Below are positions 31,196 to 42,810 of a stretch of 64,000 nucleotides of DNA, piece by piece (within the stretch, counting starts at the first letter, position 1; each line of letters begins with the position of its first letter). The notes below the pieces were generated by a model. That model was not told where the DNA came from. It saw only the letters and a program-made list of their open reading frames with translations, and ran no database searches. Made by a program: the position numbers and the translations under genes. The stretch is from an uncultured Actinomycetota bacterium (lineage in GTDB: Bacteria > Actinomycetota > Actinomycetes > Propionibacteriales > Nocardioidaceae), in NCBI GenBank assembly GCA_963800485.1, contig CAWDBA010000006.1:41428-105427 (forward strand), written 5' to 3'.

Positions 31196-32358
31196 GCGAG
31201 CAACCCGGCACCTCCCGCGCCGACCCCACCCCGGCGCCGCCACACCTCGACGTCGACGCCCTGCTCGACGACCCGGCCACCCGGATCGTCGTGTGCTGCG
31301 GGGCGGGCGGCGTCGGCAAGACCACGGCCTCGGCGGCGCTGGCACTGCGGGCGGCCGAGCGCGGCCGCCGGGTCGTCGTCCTCACCATCGACCCGGCCCG
31401 CCGGCTGGCGCAGGCGATGGGCATCGAGGCGTTGGACAACACGCCCCGCCCGGTGCCGGGGGTCGGCGACGGGCCCGGCGGCGGCTCGCTCGACGCGATG
31501 ATGCTGGACATGAAGCGCACCTTCGACGAGGTGGTGGAGAGCCAGGCCAGCCCGGAGAAGGCGGCGCAGATCCTGGCCAACCCGTTCTACGTCGCCCTGT
31601 CCAGCTCGTTCGCGGGCACGCAGGAGTACATGGCGATGGAGAAGCTCGGCCAGCTGCGCCAGGAGACCGCGCGCACCGGCGACTACGACCTGATCGTGGT
31701 GGACACGCCACCGTCGCGCTCCGCGCTGGACTTCCTCGACGCCCCCGAGCGGCTGTCGTCGTTCCTCGACGGGCGCTTCATCCGGCTGCTCCTGGCACCG
31801 GCGAAGGGCCCGGCCCGGCTGATGACCGCCGGCTTCGGCCTGGTGACCGGGGCCCTGCACCGGATCCTGGGCACGCAGGTGCTCAGCGACCTGCAGATGT
31901 TCGTCTCCGCGTTCGACACCCTCTTCGGCGGGTTCCGCCAGCGGGCCCAGGCGACGTACGAGCTGCTCCAGGACAGCGAGACGGCGTTCCTGGTCGTCGC
32001 CACCCCCGAGCCCGACGCGCTGCGTGAGGCGGCCTACTTCGTCGAGCGGCTGGCCGCGGAGCAGATGCCGCTCGCCGGGCTCGTGGTGAACCGGGCCAGC
32101 GAGCAGCCGACGGGCGCGCTCACCGCGGAGGCCGCCCTGGCGACGGCGCAACGGCTCGGGCCGGACGACGTGCTGACCGCGGGCCTGCTGCGCCTGCACG
32201 CCGACCGCACGCGCATCGTCGAGCGAGAGGGGCGCCTGCGGCGCCGCTTCGTCGCGGCGCACCCGGAGGTGCCCACGGTCGTGGTGCCCGCGCTCGCCAC
32301 CGACGTGCACGACCTCGACGGTCTCCGCCGGGTCGGCGAAGGTCTCGCCGCGCCTTAG
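31192..32358 (+). CDS. ArsA/Get3-family ATPase (Rv3680-like)
   Basis: CGAGGVGKTT, TIDPARRLA, GTQEYMAMEKL, DTPPS; GTGA overlap. Confidence 0.9.
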   Translation: MSEQPGTSRADPTPAPPHLDVDALLDDPATRIVVCCGAGGVGKTTASAALALRAAERGRRVVVLTIDPARRLAQAMGIEALDNTPRPVPGVGDGPGGGSLDAMMLDMKRTFDEVVESQASPEKAAQILANPFYVALSSSFAGTQEYMAMEKLGQLRQETARTGDYDLIVVDTPPSRSALDFLDAPERLSSFLDGRFIRLLLAPAKGPARLMTAGFGLVTGALHRILGTQVLSDLQMFVSAFDTLFGGFRQRAQATYELLQDSETAFLVVATPEPDALREAAYFVERLAAEQMPLAGLVVNRASEQPTGALTAEAALATAQRLGPDDVLTAGLLRLHADRTRIVEREGRLRRRFVAAHPEVPTVVVPALATDVHDLDGLRRVGEGLAAP

Positions 32359-32434
32359 GCACGCAGCACCCCGCCCACGACCTGGTCGTGGGCGGCGTGA
32401 AGGCTGCGCGGGGCGGTTCGGCGGTGGAGCCGTG

Positions 32435-32734
32435 TCAGGCCGAGCGGACCGTTCCGACCTCGACGGCGTGGTGCTCCTTCGCCGTCTCCAGCAGGGTGCG
32501 CCACGAGGTGACGAAGGGACGCTGGCGCAGCAACGCACGACGCTCGCGCTCGGTCATGCCTCCCCAGACGCCCCACTCGATCTCGTCGTCCAGGGCCTCG
32601 GCCAGGCACTCGGTGCGCACCGGGCACCCCTGGCAGACCTGCTTGGCCCGGTTCTGCTCGGCGCCTCGGACGAACAGCTCGTCAGGCTTTGCCGTCCGAC
32701 ATGCGGCGGCTGATGCCCAGTCCTCGTTCCACAT
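32435..32734 (-). CDS. whiB4: WhiB-family Fe-S regulator (WhiB4/WblA)
   Basis: Four Cys (C..CxxC..C) and GVWGGMTERER; located between the ArsA pair and ponA2. Confidence 0.88.
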   Translation of the reverse strand: MWNEDWASAAACRTAKPDELFVRGAEQNRAKQVCQGCPVRTECLAEALDDEIEWGVWGGMTERERRALLRQRPFVTSWRTLLETAKEHHAVEVGTVRSA

Positions 32735-32956
32735 GATGCGATTCCCTCCCACGGATGATTCCCCGTCGAGAGCGCTTCCCACAGGTGCTCCCACACACCT
32801 TGCGCTCCCGATGGATGTACATTAAACGTAGGTCAAGCCGCCGGCACAGACCGGGACAGAGCATTTAGACCTAGTCCTTTCAGACTATACGACCGGAGGA
32901 TTGTCCAGGTTCGGGCGTTTAGGCCCCGCCGTGGGCTGGCGGCTAACCTGACTGGT

Positions 32957-35248
32957 ATGCCTCGTCGTCCCCGTCGCACCGATCGCCTGACCCCGTCGGG
33001 GATCCTCTCCTCCCTCGGTGCCATGCTCGTCGTCTCCGTGGTCATCGGTCTGCTGGTGGGCGGTCTGGCCATCCCGCTCGCCGGCACGCTGGGCCTCACC
33101 GCCCGTGCCGGGGCGGAGCGGCTGCGCGACCTGCCCGAGGAGCTGACGGCCAACCAGCTGCCCGAGCGCAGCCGCATGTACGACTCGCGCGGCAACGTGA
33201 TGGCGACCTTCTACAACGAGTACCGCGTCAACGTCGGCCTCGACCAGATCGCCCCGGTGATGAAGGACGCCATCATCGCGATCGAGGACTACCGCTTCTA
33301 CGAGCACGGCGCGCTCGACCTCCAGGGCACGCTGCGCGCCTTCATCGCCAACAAGGCGGGCGGCGGGGTCGTCCAGGGCGGCTCGTCGATCACCCAGCAG
33401 ATGGTCAAGCAGACCCTGATCTCGCAGGGCGACACCCAGAAGGAGCGTCTGGCCGCCCAGGCCGACACCTACGAGCGCAAGATCAACGAGCTGCGCTACG
33501 CGATCGCCTTCGAGGAGAACTACTCGAAGGACTGGATCCTCAACCGCTACCTGAACATCGTCTACTTCGGCGACGGCGCCTACGGCATCGAGGCCGCCGC
33601 GCAGCACTACTTCAGCAAGAGCGCCGCCGACCTCGACCTGCGCGAGTCCGCCCTGCTGGCGGGGCTGGTGAAGAACCCGGTCGGCTACGACCCGACCGAC
33701 TCCCCCGACACGGCCCGCGAGCGCCGCGACGTCGTGCTGGACGTCATGGCCACCCGCGGCAAGGCCTCGCAGGCCGCCGTCGACAAGGCCAAGAGCGAGG
33801 GCCTCGGTCTGAAGACGCAGGAGGCGCCGAACGGCTGCCTGAACTCCACCGCACCCTTCTTCTGCGACTACGTCATCGAGTACCTCCGCCAGGACGAGGC
33901 GCTCGGCGCCACCGTCGAGGAGCGCAACAAGATGCTCGCCGGTGGTGGCCTGACCATCCAGACGACGATGGACCCGCGCTTCCAGCGGGCCTCGACCCGG
34001 GCGGTGCGCGAGTCGGTGAACCCGACCGAGGAGGCCATCGGTGCGCTCGCGATGGTGCAGCCCGGCACGGGGGAGGTGAAGGCGCTGGCGCAGTCCCGCC
34101 CGATGGGTCGCGACCGGAGCAAGGGCCAGACCTTCCTCAACTACGTGGTCGACCAGGAGTACGGCGACGCCAACGGCTTCCAGCCCGGCTCGACGTTCAA
34201 GGCCTTCGTGCTCGCGAGCGCCATCGAGCAGGGCGTCCCGCTGCGGACCACGATCAGCTCTCCGCAGGAGATCAACATCCCGATGCAGGACTTCTCGACC
34301 TGCGGGGGCCCCTACAAGAGCTACGACACGTGGAACGTGAACAACTCCACCGGCGCCGGCACGTTCGACCTGTACACCGGCACCCAGCAGTCGGTGAACA
34401 CCTTCTTCGCCCAGCTCGAGCTGCGCACCGGGCTGTGCAAGCCGTACAAGCTGGCCCGGCAGATGGGCGTGACCCTCACCAGCCCCGAGACCGAGCGGGT
34501 GCCCAGCTTCACGCTCGGCGTCGCCGACGTGTCTCCCCTGGAGATGGCCAGCGCCTACTCCGTCTTCGCCGGTGGCGGCATGGCCTGCAAGCGCCGTCCG
34601 GTGCTCGAGGTGCGCGACCAGTCCGGCGAGCTGGTCAAGGACTACCCGCCGGAGTGCACGCGGGTGATGCGCAAGACCACCGCCGACGCCGTGGCCACGA
34701 TCATGGAGGGCGTGCAGGAGCCGGGCGGCTTCGGCTACGGCGCCGGCCTGTCCCTCGACCAGCCGAGTGCGGGCAAGACCGGCACCACGTCGAGCAACCG
34801 CGCGGTGTGGTTCGTCGGCTACACGCCCAACCTCGCCGCCGCCTCGGTGATCGCGGGCGCGAACCAGCTCGGTGAGCCCCAGCCGATCGACGGCAACTAC
34901 GTCGGCGGCTCCTACATCAGCTTCGCCGCCGCCGCCGGCTCGACGCTGGCGGGTCCGCAGTGGAAGCTGGCCATGGAGAAGGTGGAGCGCTTCCTGCCCG
35001 ACAAGGAGTTCAGCGAGCCCCCGTCGAGCGTGGTCAACGGCTCCTACGACAGCGTGCCGTCGGTGGGCGGGATGTCCCTCGACGCCGCTCGCGCGACGCT
35101 CCGCGACGCGGGCTTCACCCCGGTGACCGGATCGGTCGTCGACAGCTCCTACGGCTACGGCACCGCCGCCTACACCTACCCGGGCTCGGGCAGCTCGGCC
35201 GCGAGCAGCAGCACCGTGACGATCTACGTCTCCGACGGGACCCCGTAG
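32957..35248 (+). CDS. ponA2: Class A penicillin-binding protein with PASTA domain
   Basis: EDYRFYEHG, GSSITQQ, STFK, SVN, KTGT, C-terminal PASTA-like VPSVGGMS. Confidence 0.92.
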   Translation: MPRRPRRTDRLTPSGILSSLGAMLVVSVVIGLLVGGLAIPLAGTLGLTARAGAERLRDLPEELTANQLPERSRMYDSRGNVMATFYNEYRVNVGLDQIAPVMKDAIIAIEDYRFYEHGALDLQGTLRAFIANKAGGGVVQGGSSITQQMVKQTLISQGDTQKERLAAQADTYERKINELRYAIAFEENYSKDWILNRYLNIVYFGDGAYGIEAAAQHYFSKSAADLDLRESALLAGLVKNPVGYDPTDSPDTARERRDVVLDVMATRGKASQAAVDKAKSEGLGLKTQEAPNGCLNSTAPFFCDYVIEYLRQDEALGATVEERNKMLAGGGLTIQTTMDPRFQRASTRAVRESVNPTEEAIGALAMVQPGTGEVKALAQSRPMGRDRSKGQTFLNYVVDQEYGDANGFQPGSTFKAFVLASAIEQGVPLRTTISSPQEINIPMQDFSTCGGPYKSYDTWNVNNSTGAGTFDLYTGTQQSVNTFFAQLELRTGLCKPYKLARQMGVTLTSPETERVPSFTLGVADVSPLEMASAYSVFAGGGMACKRRPVLEVRDQSGELVKDYPPECTRVMRKTTADAVATIMEGVQEPGGFGYGAGLSLDQPSAGKTGTTSSNRAVWFVGYTPNLAAASVIAGANQLGEPQPIDGNYVGGSYISFAAAAGSTLAGPQWKLAMEKVERFLPDKEFSEPPSSVVNGSYDSVPSVGGMSLDAARATLRDAGFTPVTGSVVDSSYGYGTAAYTYPGSGSSAASSSTVTIYVSDGTP

Positions 35249-35288
35249 CCAGCCTGCGCCCGCGGACCGCCCGAGCCGGGCCGCCGGG

Positions 35289-35747
35289 TCAGCCGAGCTG
35301 GCGTCGCACCTCGGCGGCCACCACGCCGCCGTCGGCCCGGCCGCGCGTGAGCGGCTGCAACGCACCCATGACCCGGCCCATCGCGCGCATGCCGTCCTCG
35401 CCCACCCCCAGGTCGCGGATGGTGTCGGCGACCAGCGCGGCCACCTCGGACTCGTCGAGCTGCTCGGGCAGGTAGTCGGCGAGCACCGCGGCCTCGGCCC
35501 GCTCCTTGGCAGCCATCTCGGCGCGGTCCCCGGCCTCGAAGGCCTCCGCTGCCTCGCGCCGCTTCTTGGACTCGGTGGTCAGCACGCCGACCACGTCCTC
35601 GTCGGTGAGCTCGCGCGACTCCTTGCCCGCGACCTCGGCGTTCGTGATGGCGGTCAGCACCATCCTCAGGGTGGACGACCGCACCTCGTCACGCGCCTTC
35701 ATGGACGCGGTGAGGTCCTGGCGCAGCTGGTCCTTCAGTGTGCTCAT
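35289..35747 (-). CDS. GatB/YqeY domain protein
   Basis: LKDQLRQDLTASMKARD, KKRREA, YLPEQL, MGRVM. Confidence 0.9.
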   Translation of the reverse strand: MSTLKDQLRQDLTASMKARDEVRSSTLRMVLTAITNAEVAGKESRELTDEDVVGVLTTESKKRREAAEAFEAGDRAEMAAKERAEAAVLADYLPEQLDESEVAALVADTIRDLGVGEDGMRAMGRVMGALQPLTRGRADGGVVAAEVRRQLG

Positions 35748-35782
35748 GGGGGCATCCTTCCAGGCTGTGGGATCGTGGGCCC

Positions 35783-36727
35783 GTGACCACCGGCCCCCAC
35801 CCCGTCGCACGGACCGTGGGACGCGGGCTGGTCGCCGGGGCGTCCGCAGGCGCCGCGGCCCTCGGCTGGGCGGCCGGCGTCGAGGTGCGCTGGTTCGCGC
35901 TGCGTCGCGAGACCGTGCCGGTGCTGCCGCCCGGTGCCGACCCGCTGCGCGTGCTGCACCTCACCGACCTGCACCTGCGCCCTACCCAGGCCCGCAAGAT
36001 CGCCTGGGTGCGTGCGCTCGCGGGGCTGCGGCCCGACCTGGTCGTGGACACCGGCGACAACCTCGCCCACATCGATGCCGTGCCGGCCCTGGTCGACGCC
36101 CTGGGGCCGCTTCTGGACGTGCCGGGCGCCTACGTGCTCGGGTCGAACGACTACTTCGCGCCGTCGAGCCGGAACCCGGTGCGCTACCTGCTGCCGGACG
36201 ACGGACACCGCAACACCCACACCCCTCCCCTGCCGTGGCGCGACCTCAAGGCCCGGCTCAGCGGGCGTGGCTGGGTCGACCTGACCAACCGCGCCGACCG
36301 ACTCACCGTGCGCGGCCTCGACCTCGCGTTCACCGGTGTCGACGACCCGCACCTGGAGTACGACGACCTCGTCGCCGTCGCCGGCCCGGCCCCGGCCGAC
36401 GCCGACGTGCGGATCGGCGTGACCCACGCGCCGTACCTGCGCGTGCTCGACCAGATGGCCCGGGACGGGCACGACGTCGTGCTGGCGGGGCACACCCACG
36501 GCGGACAGCTGCGCCTGCCGGGCAGAGGCGCCCTGGTCACCAACTGCGACCTCGACACCGCCCGCGCCCGAGGTCTGCACCGCCATCCGGCCGACTCCCG
36601 GCCGACGCAGCCCGGCTCGTCGTGGCTGCACGTCTCCGCCGGGCTCGGCACCTCGCCGTACGCGCCGGTGCGCTTCTGCTGCCGTCCGGAGGCCACCCTG
36701 CTGACCCTCACCGGGCGGGCGTCCTGA
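35783..36727 (+). CDS. Metallophosphoesterase (Rv3683-like)
   Basis: TDLH, TGDN, GSND, GHTHGGQ, SAGLG. Confidence 0.9.
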   Translation: MTTGPHPVARTVGRGLVAGASAGAAALGWAAGVEVRWFALRRETVPVLPPGADPLRVLHLTDLHLRPTQARKIAWVRALAGLRPDLVVDTGDNLAHIDAVPALVDALGPLLDVPGAYVLGSNDYFAPSSRNPVRYLLPDDGHRNTHTPPLPWRDLKARLSGRGWVDLTNRADRLTVRGLDLAFTGVDDPHLEYDDLVAVAGPAPADADVRIGVTHAPYLRVLDQMARDGHDVVLAGHTHGGQLRLPGRGALVTNCDLDTARARGLHRHPADSRPTQPGSSWLHVSAGLGTSPYAPVRFCCRPEATLLTLTGRAS

Positions 36728-36794
36728 CCCGGACGGGCCGACGCCCGGGCGGATTCGGCGCGGCCGTGGCTCTGGGCTACGCTACGACCGGCCT

Positions 36795-36868
36795 CGGGCT
36801 GTGGCGCAGCTTGGTAGCGCGCCTCGTTCGGGACGAGGAGGCCGCAGGTTCAAATCCTGTCAGCCCGA
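36795..36868 (+). tRNA. tRNA-Pro(CGG)
   Basis: Cloverleaf CGGGCTG..CAGCCCG-A, anticodon arm cctcg-tt-CGG-ga-cgagg, GGTTCAAATCC T-loop; CCA not fully encoded. Confidence 0.96.
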
Positions 36869-36892
36869 CCGGTGATGTCGAGAGACATCGAC

Positions 36893-36930
36893 GACAGGCC
36901 GGATCCACGCACGTGGGTCCGGCCTTCGTC
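36893..36930 (+). terminator. Hairpin downstream of tRNA-Pro
   Basis: ggccggatccac-gcac-gtgggtccggcc stem. Confidence 0.6.
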
Positions 36931-36953
36931 GTATCGACGTGGAGGGGGCCCCC

Positions 36954-37850
36954 GTGCTCGACCTGACCGGTGACGCCGACGTCGTCGTGCACGGCGACAA
37001 CCTGGCCGTGCTGCCGCGACTGGCCGACGCGTCCTTCCAGCTGATCTACGTCGACCCGCCCTTCAACACCGGTGGCCGTCAGCAGCGGCGCACGCTGCGC
37101 ACCGAGCGGGCCGGGGAGGACGCCCCTGGCGACCGCACCGGCTTCGGCGGGCGGCGGTACACGACCACCGAGACCGGCCGCACGGCCTACGGCGACAGCT
37201 TCGACGACTACCTCGGCTTCATCGCCCCGCGGCTGGAGGAGGCCCGGCGGCTGCTCACCGACAGCGGCACGCTCTACGTGCACCTCGACTGGCGCGAGGC
37301 GCACTACTGCAAGGTGCTCCTCGACGAGATCTTCGGACGCGACTGCTTCCTCAACGAGGTGATCTGGGCCTACGACTACGGCGGCCGCGCGCGGGACCGC
37401 TGGCCGGCCAAGCACGACACGATCCTGGTCTACGTCAAGACGCCGAAGGGCCAGCTCTTCGACCAGGACGCCGTCACCCGGATCCCCTACCTGGCCCCGG
37501 GCCTGGTGGGCGCCGAGAAGGCCTCCCGCGGCAAGCTGCCGACCGACGTCTGGTGGCACACCATCGTCCCGACCAACGGCCGCGAGAAGACCGGCTACCC
37601 CACCCAGAAGCCGGAGGGCGTGCTGCGCCGCGTGCTGGAGCCGTCCTCCCGTCCCGGTGACTGGGTGCTGGACTTCTTCGCGGGGAGCGGCACGACGGGC
37701 GCGGTCGCGGCCCGGATGGGGCGGCGGTTCGTGCTGGTCGACTCCCACCCCGAGGCGGTGCGCACGATGGCCCGGCGCCTCGGCGGGGACGGGGCCGACC
37801 TGGCGTTCGTCGACGAGGCCGGCTCGCCGCTCGACCCCGAGGGTCTCTGA
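36954..37850 (+). CDS. Orphan N4C/N6A DNA methyltransferase, beta class
   Basis: DPPF precedes YPTQKP and DFFAGSGTT. GGAGG lies before GTG 36954 (alternative start 36939). Confidence 0.9.
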   Translation: MLDLTGDADVVVHGDNLAVLPRLADASFQLIYVDPPFNTGGRQQRRTLRTERAGEDAPGDRTGFGGRRYTTTETGRTAYGDSFDDYLGFIAPRLEEARRLLTDSGTLYVHLDWREAHYCKVLLDEIFGRDCFLNEVIWAYDYGGRARDRWPAKHDTILVYVKTPKGQLFDQDAVTRIPYLAPGLVGAEKASRGKLPTDVWWHTIVPTNGREKTGYPTQKPEGVLRRVLEPSSRPGDWVLDFFAGSGTTGAVAARMGRRFVLVDSHPEAVRTMARRLGGDGADLAFVDEAGSPLDPEGL

Positions 37851-37936
37851 GCGACGGTCCCGGCCCGGGATCGTCGGCATCGTCACGATCGCGCGATGCC
37901 GCCGGCGGATGTCGGCCGGTCTGGCAGACTTCGGGC

Positions 37937-38704
37937 ATGGCTGACGGGTCGAAGGACCAGGACGAGGCGAACCTCGAGCTTCCCTCGTTCGGGTTGCTTG
38001 GCAAGAAGAAGCCGACCAAGCGCGGCAAGCGCGTCGCGGGTCGGGACGAGGTGCCCTCGGACGAGAGCGACACCAACACCGACCCCGACCCCGACCCCAC
38101 GGTCGTCCCGGCCGCGGAGGAGAGCACCGCCCGCTCGGAGCCCGAGCCGACCCCCCAACCCGAGCCGGCCCCCGCCGGCCGCGCCCAGGCCGGCTCCTCG
38201 CGGCCTGCCGTCGACCGTGAGCCGGAGCAGCAGGACCACGACCCGGACGGGGCCGTCCTGACCGCTCAGCGCGAGCAGGCCGAGGGGGGCGGCAGGGGCC
38301 TGAGCCTGCCCGACCTGGCGCCGCGTACGGCCGCCGCGGTCACCGGGCTCGTCGTCGGCGTGGCCGGCGTGCTGCTGACCTTCCTCGTGCTGCAGGGCTG
38401 CACCCTGGTGCGGGGCACCGGCACCTGCGGCGGCGCCGGCTTCCCCCTGCTGCTCGCCGTGCTGCTGGTGATGGTGCTGATCGGCCGGGCGCTGCTGCGC
38501 GGCTGGGGTCTGCCCGACGCGGGGGGCACGGCCTTCCTTGCGGTGGGCCTGATCGCGGCGATCTCGATGCTGTTCCTGCTGCCGCTGCTGCTCTCGCCGG
38601 CGATGGTGGTGCTGCTCCCGGCGGTCAGCGTGGGCGCGCACCTGCTCTCGCACTTCGTCACGACGGCGTACGTCGAGATCGACGACAGCGACCAGCGCCG
38701 CTAG
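37937..38704 (+). CDS. Hypothetical membrane protein with acidic/Pro-rich N-terminus
   Basis: Four C-terminal TM helices with a C-x7-C pair. Confidence 0.7.
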   Translation: MADGSKDQDEANLELPSFGLLGKKKPTKRGKRVAGRDEVPSDESDTNTDPDPDPTVVPAAEESTARSEPEPTPQPEPAPAGRAQAGSSRPAVDREPEQQDHDPDGAVLTAQREQAEGGGRGLSLPDLAPRTAAAVTGLVVGVAGVLLTFLVLQGCTLVRGTGTCGGAGFPLLLAVLLVMVLIGRALLRGWGLPDAGGTAFLAVGLIAAISMLFLLPLLLSPAMVVLLPAVSVGAHLLSHFVTTAYVEIDDSDQRR

Positions 38705-38734
38705 TCGCGCCGCCGACCGGACCGGGCCCGCGGG

Positions 38735-41037
<2,303 letters not shown>

Positions 41038-41130
41038 GGACCGCTCCTCACGGTGGAGGGCGCCCCACGCCAGCGCCCGTTCGAGCACCGATTCTACGGC
41101 CGGGCGGGCGATGCTCCGATCCGCCCCGGG

Positions 41131-41730
41131 TCAGACCTCGTCGGTCCAGCGGAGGCCGATCTCCTCGAGGTGGCCGCGCTCGCGGCGGGTGGTCTCGGTG
41201 TCGACGTCGAGCCGGTCGTGGGTCACCACCGACTGCAGCGCCGCCAGGGCTCCCGACAGCGCGGGCCCCCAGCTGGAGACGTAGGAGTACTGCCACCACC
41301 ACAGCGCCTCGGACGGGCGGCCCTGCCGCAGGTGCACGAGCCCGTGCGCGAGCTCTGCGGCGGCGGCAGCCAGCTCGTCGGAGAGGTGCCGCACCTCCGT
41401 CGGGCGGTCGGGGTCGTAGGGGTCGACCGGCGCGGCGTAGTCGTCGACGTCGGCGAGCAGACGAGCCAGGCGCAGGCGCAGCTCATCCAGGTCGGGGTCG
41501 GGGCCGGGGTCGGTCTCGTACCGGTCCTGGAGCACGAAGTCCGCCTGAACGCCGAGCCGCGCGCCCGCCAGCAGCACCTGGCTGACCTGCAGCAGGAGCA
41601 GCGAGACCGCGCCGTCACCGGCCTCCCCGCCCGCGATCGAGCGCAGGGCGAGCAGGAACGTCTCGACCTGGTCGCCGACCTGTCTGGCCAGCTCCTCGAG
41701 CTCGGCGGGGACGTCGGGGGTTTCGCTCAC
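41131..41730 (-). CDS. DUF5063 family protein
   Basis: [11 protein letters not shown] and [10 protein letters not shown]; typical recR-ask neighbour. Confidence 0.82.
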   Translation of the reverse strand: MSETPDVPAELEELARQVGDQVETFLLALRSIAGGEAGDGAVSLLLLQVSQVLLAGARLGVQADFVLQDRYETDPGPDPDLDELRLRLARLLADVDDYAAPVDPYDPDRPTEVRHLSDELAAAAAELAHGLVHLRQGRPSEALWWWQYSYVSSWGPALSGALAALQSVVTHDRLDVDTETTRRERGHLEEIGLRWTDEV

Positions 41731-42323
41731 GGCGCGGCCCTCCTGCCTTCGAAGGCGCGTCCGAGAGTGATCTCGTCGGCGTACTCCAGGTCGCCACCGA
41801 CCGGGAGCCCGCTCGCGAGCTTGGTGACCTGCAGGCCCATCGGGCCGAGCAGACGGCTCAGGTAGGTCGCGGTGGCCTCGCCCTCGAGGTTCGGGTCCGT
41901 CGCGAGGATGACCTCGGTGACGGTGCCGTCCTGGAGGCGCGCGAGCAGCTCGCGGATGCGGAGCTGGTCGGGGCCGATGCCGTCGATCGGCGAGATGGCC
42001 CCGCCGAGCACGTGGTAGCGACCGCGGAACTCACGGGTGCGCTCGACGGCGACGACGTCCTTGGACTCCTCGACGACGCAGAGCACCCGCTCGTCGCGAC
42101 GCGGGTCACGGCAGATGCGGCACACGTCGTCCTCGGAGACGTTGCCGCAGACCGTGCAGAAGCGGACCTTGGCCTTGACCTCGATCAGCGTCTCGGCCAG
42201 CCGGCGTACGTCGGCGGGGTCGGACTCGAGCACGTGGAAGGCGATGCGCTGCGCGCCCTTGGGCCCGATGCCCGGCAGCCTGCCGAGCTCGTCGATGAGG
42301 TCCTGGACCACGCCCTCATGCAC
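41727..42323 (-). CDS. recR: Recombination mediator RecR
   Basis: [12 protein letters not shown]4 Zn finger, [18 protein letters not shown]. Confidence 0.97.
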   Translation of the reverse strand: MHEGVVQDLIDELGRLPGIGPKGAQRIAFHVLESDPADVRRLAETLIEVKAKVRFCTVCGNVSEDDVCRICRDPRRDERVLCVVEESKDVVAVERTREFRGRYHVLGGAISPIDGIGPDQLRIRELLARLQDGTVTEVILATDPNLEGEATATYLSRLLGPMGLQVTKLASGLPVGGDLEYADEITLGRAFEGRRAAP

Positions 42324-42726
42324 GGGGCGTGTCGCCTCCACCGAGCAGGCCGCCCAGGTCGAGCCCACCCAGGTCGCCGCCGGGGCCGGCGTCCGCGCCG
42401 CCGTCGAAGCCCCCGGCGAGGGGGCCGAGCCGCTCGCCGGCGAGAGCGTCGGCGCGACCCTTGGCGTCGCGGTAGGCCGCGACGACGAGGTCGCCGAGGT
42501 CGGCCAGGCTCTCGGCGTCGGTGCCCTCGAGCGCCTCGGGGGTGATCCGCACCTCGGTGACCTCACCGGTGCCGCTCAGCACGACGGTCACGACGCCGCC
42601 GGCGACGGAGCCCTCGACCGTCTCCTCGGACAGCTGGGCCTGGGCGTCGACGAGCTGCTGCTGCATCTGCTGGGCCTGCTCGAGCAGGGCGTTCATGTCG
42701 AAGCCACCGAAGGGGTTCTCGCTCAT
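42316..42726 (-). CDS. ybaB: YbaB/EbfC nucleoid-associated protein
   Basis: QAQQMQ..GGVVTV..DLVVAA; located between dnaX and recR. Confidence 0.92.
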   Translation of the reverse strand: MSENPFGGFDMNALLEQAQQMQQQLVDAQAQLSEETVEGSVAGGVVTVVLSGTGEVTEVRITPEALEGTDAESLADLGDLVVAAYRDAKGRADALAGERLGPLAGGFDGGADAGPGGDLGGLDLGGLLGGGDTPRA

Positions 42727-42810
42727 GACTGACTCTTTCCACGGGGGTGGGCCGCACGGCGGGTGCCGCGGCGGTGGGCGTGCCGAACGGGGAGGAGGGT
42801 GCGGCCCCGC

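Noticed and set aside
28645-32358. Apparent giant proteins (1237 aa here; also 1448..4495, 12728..16096, 12839..16177, 24986..27700)
   Set aside because: Only the C-terminal parts are real genes; the upstream extensions are Arg/Gly/Pro-rich off-frame readings of neighbouring genes.
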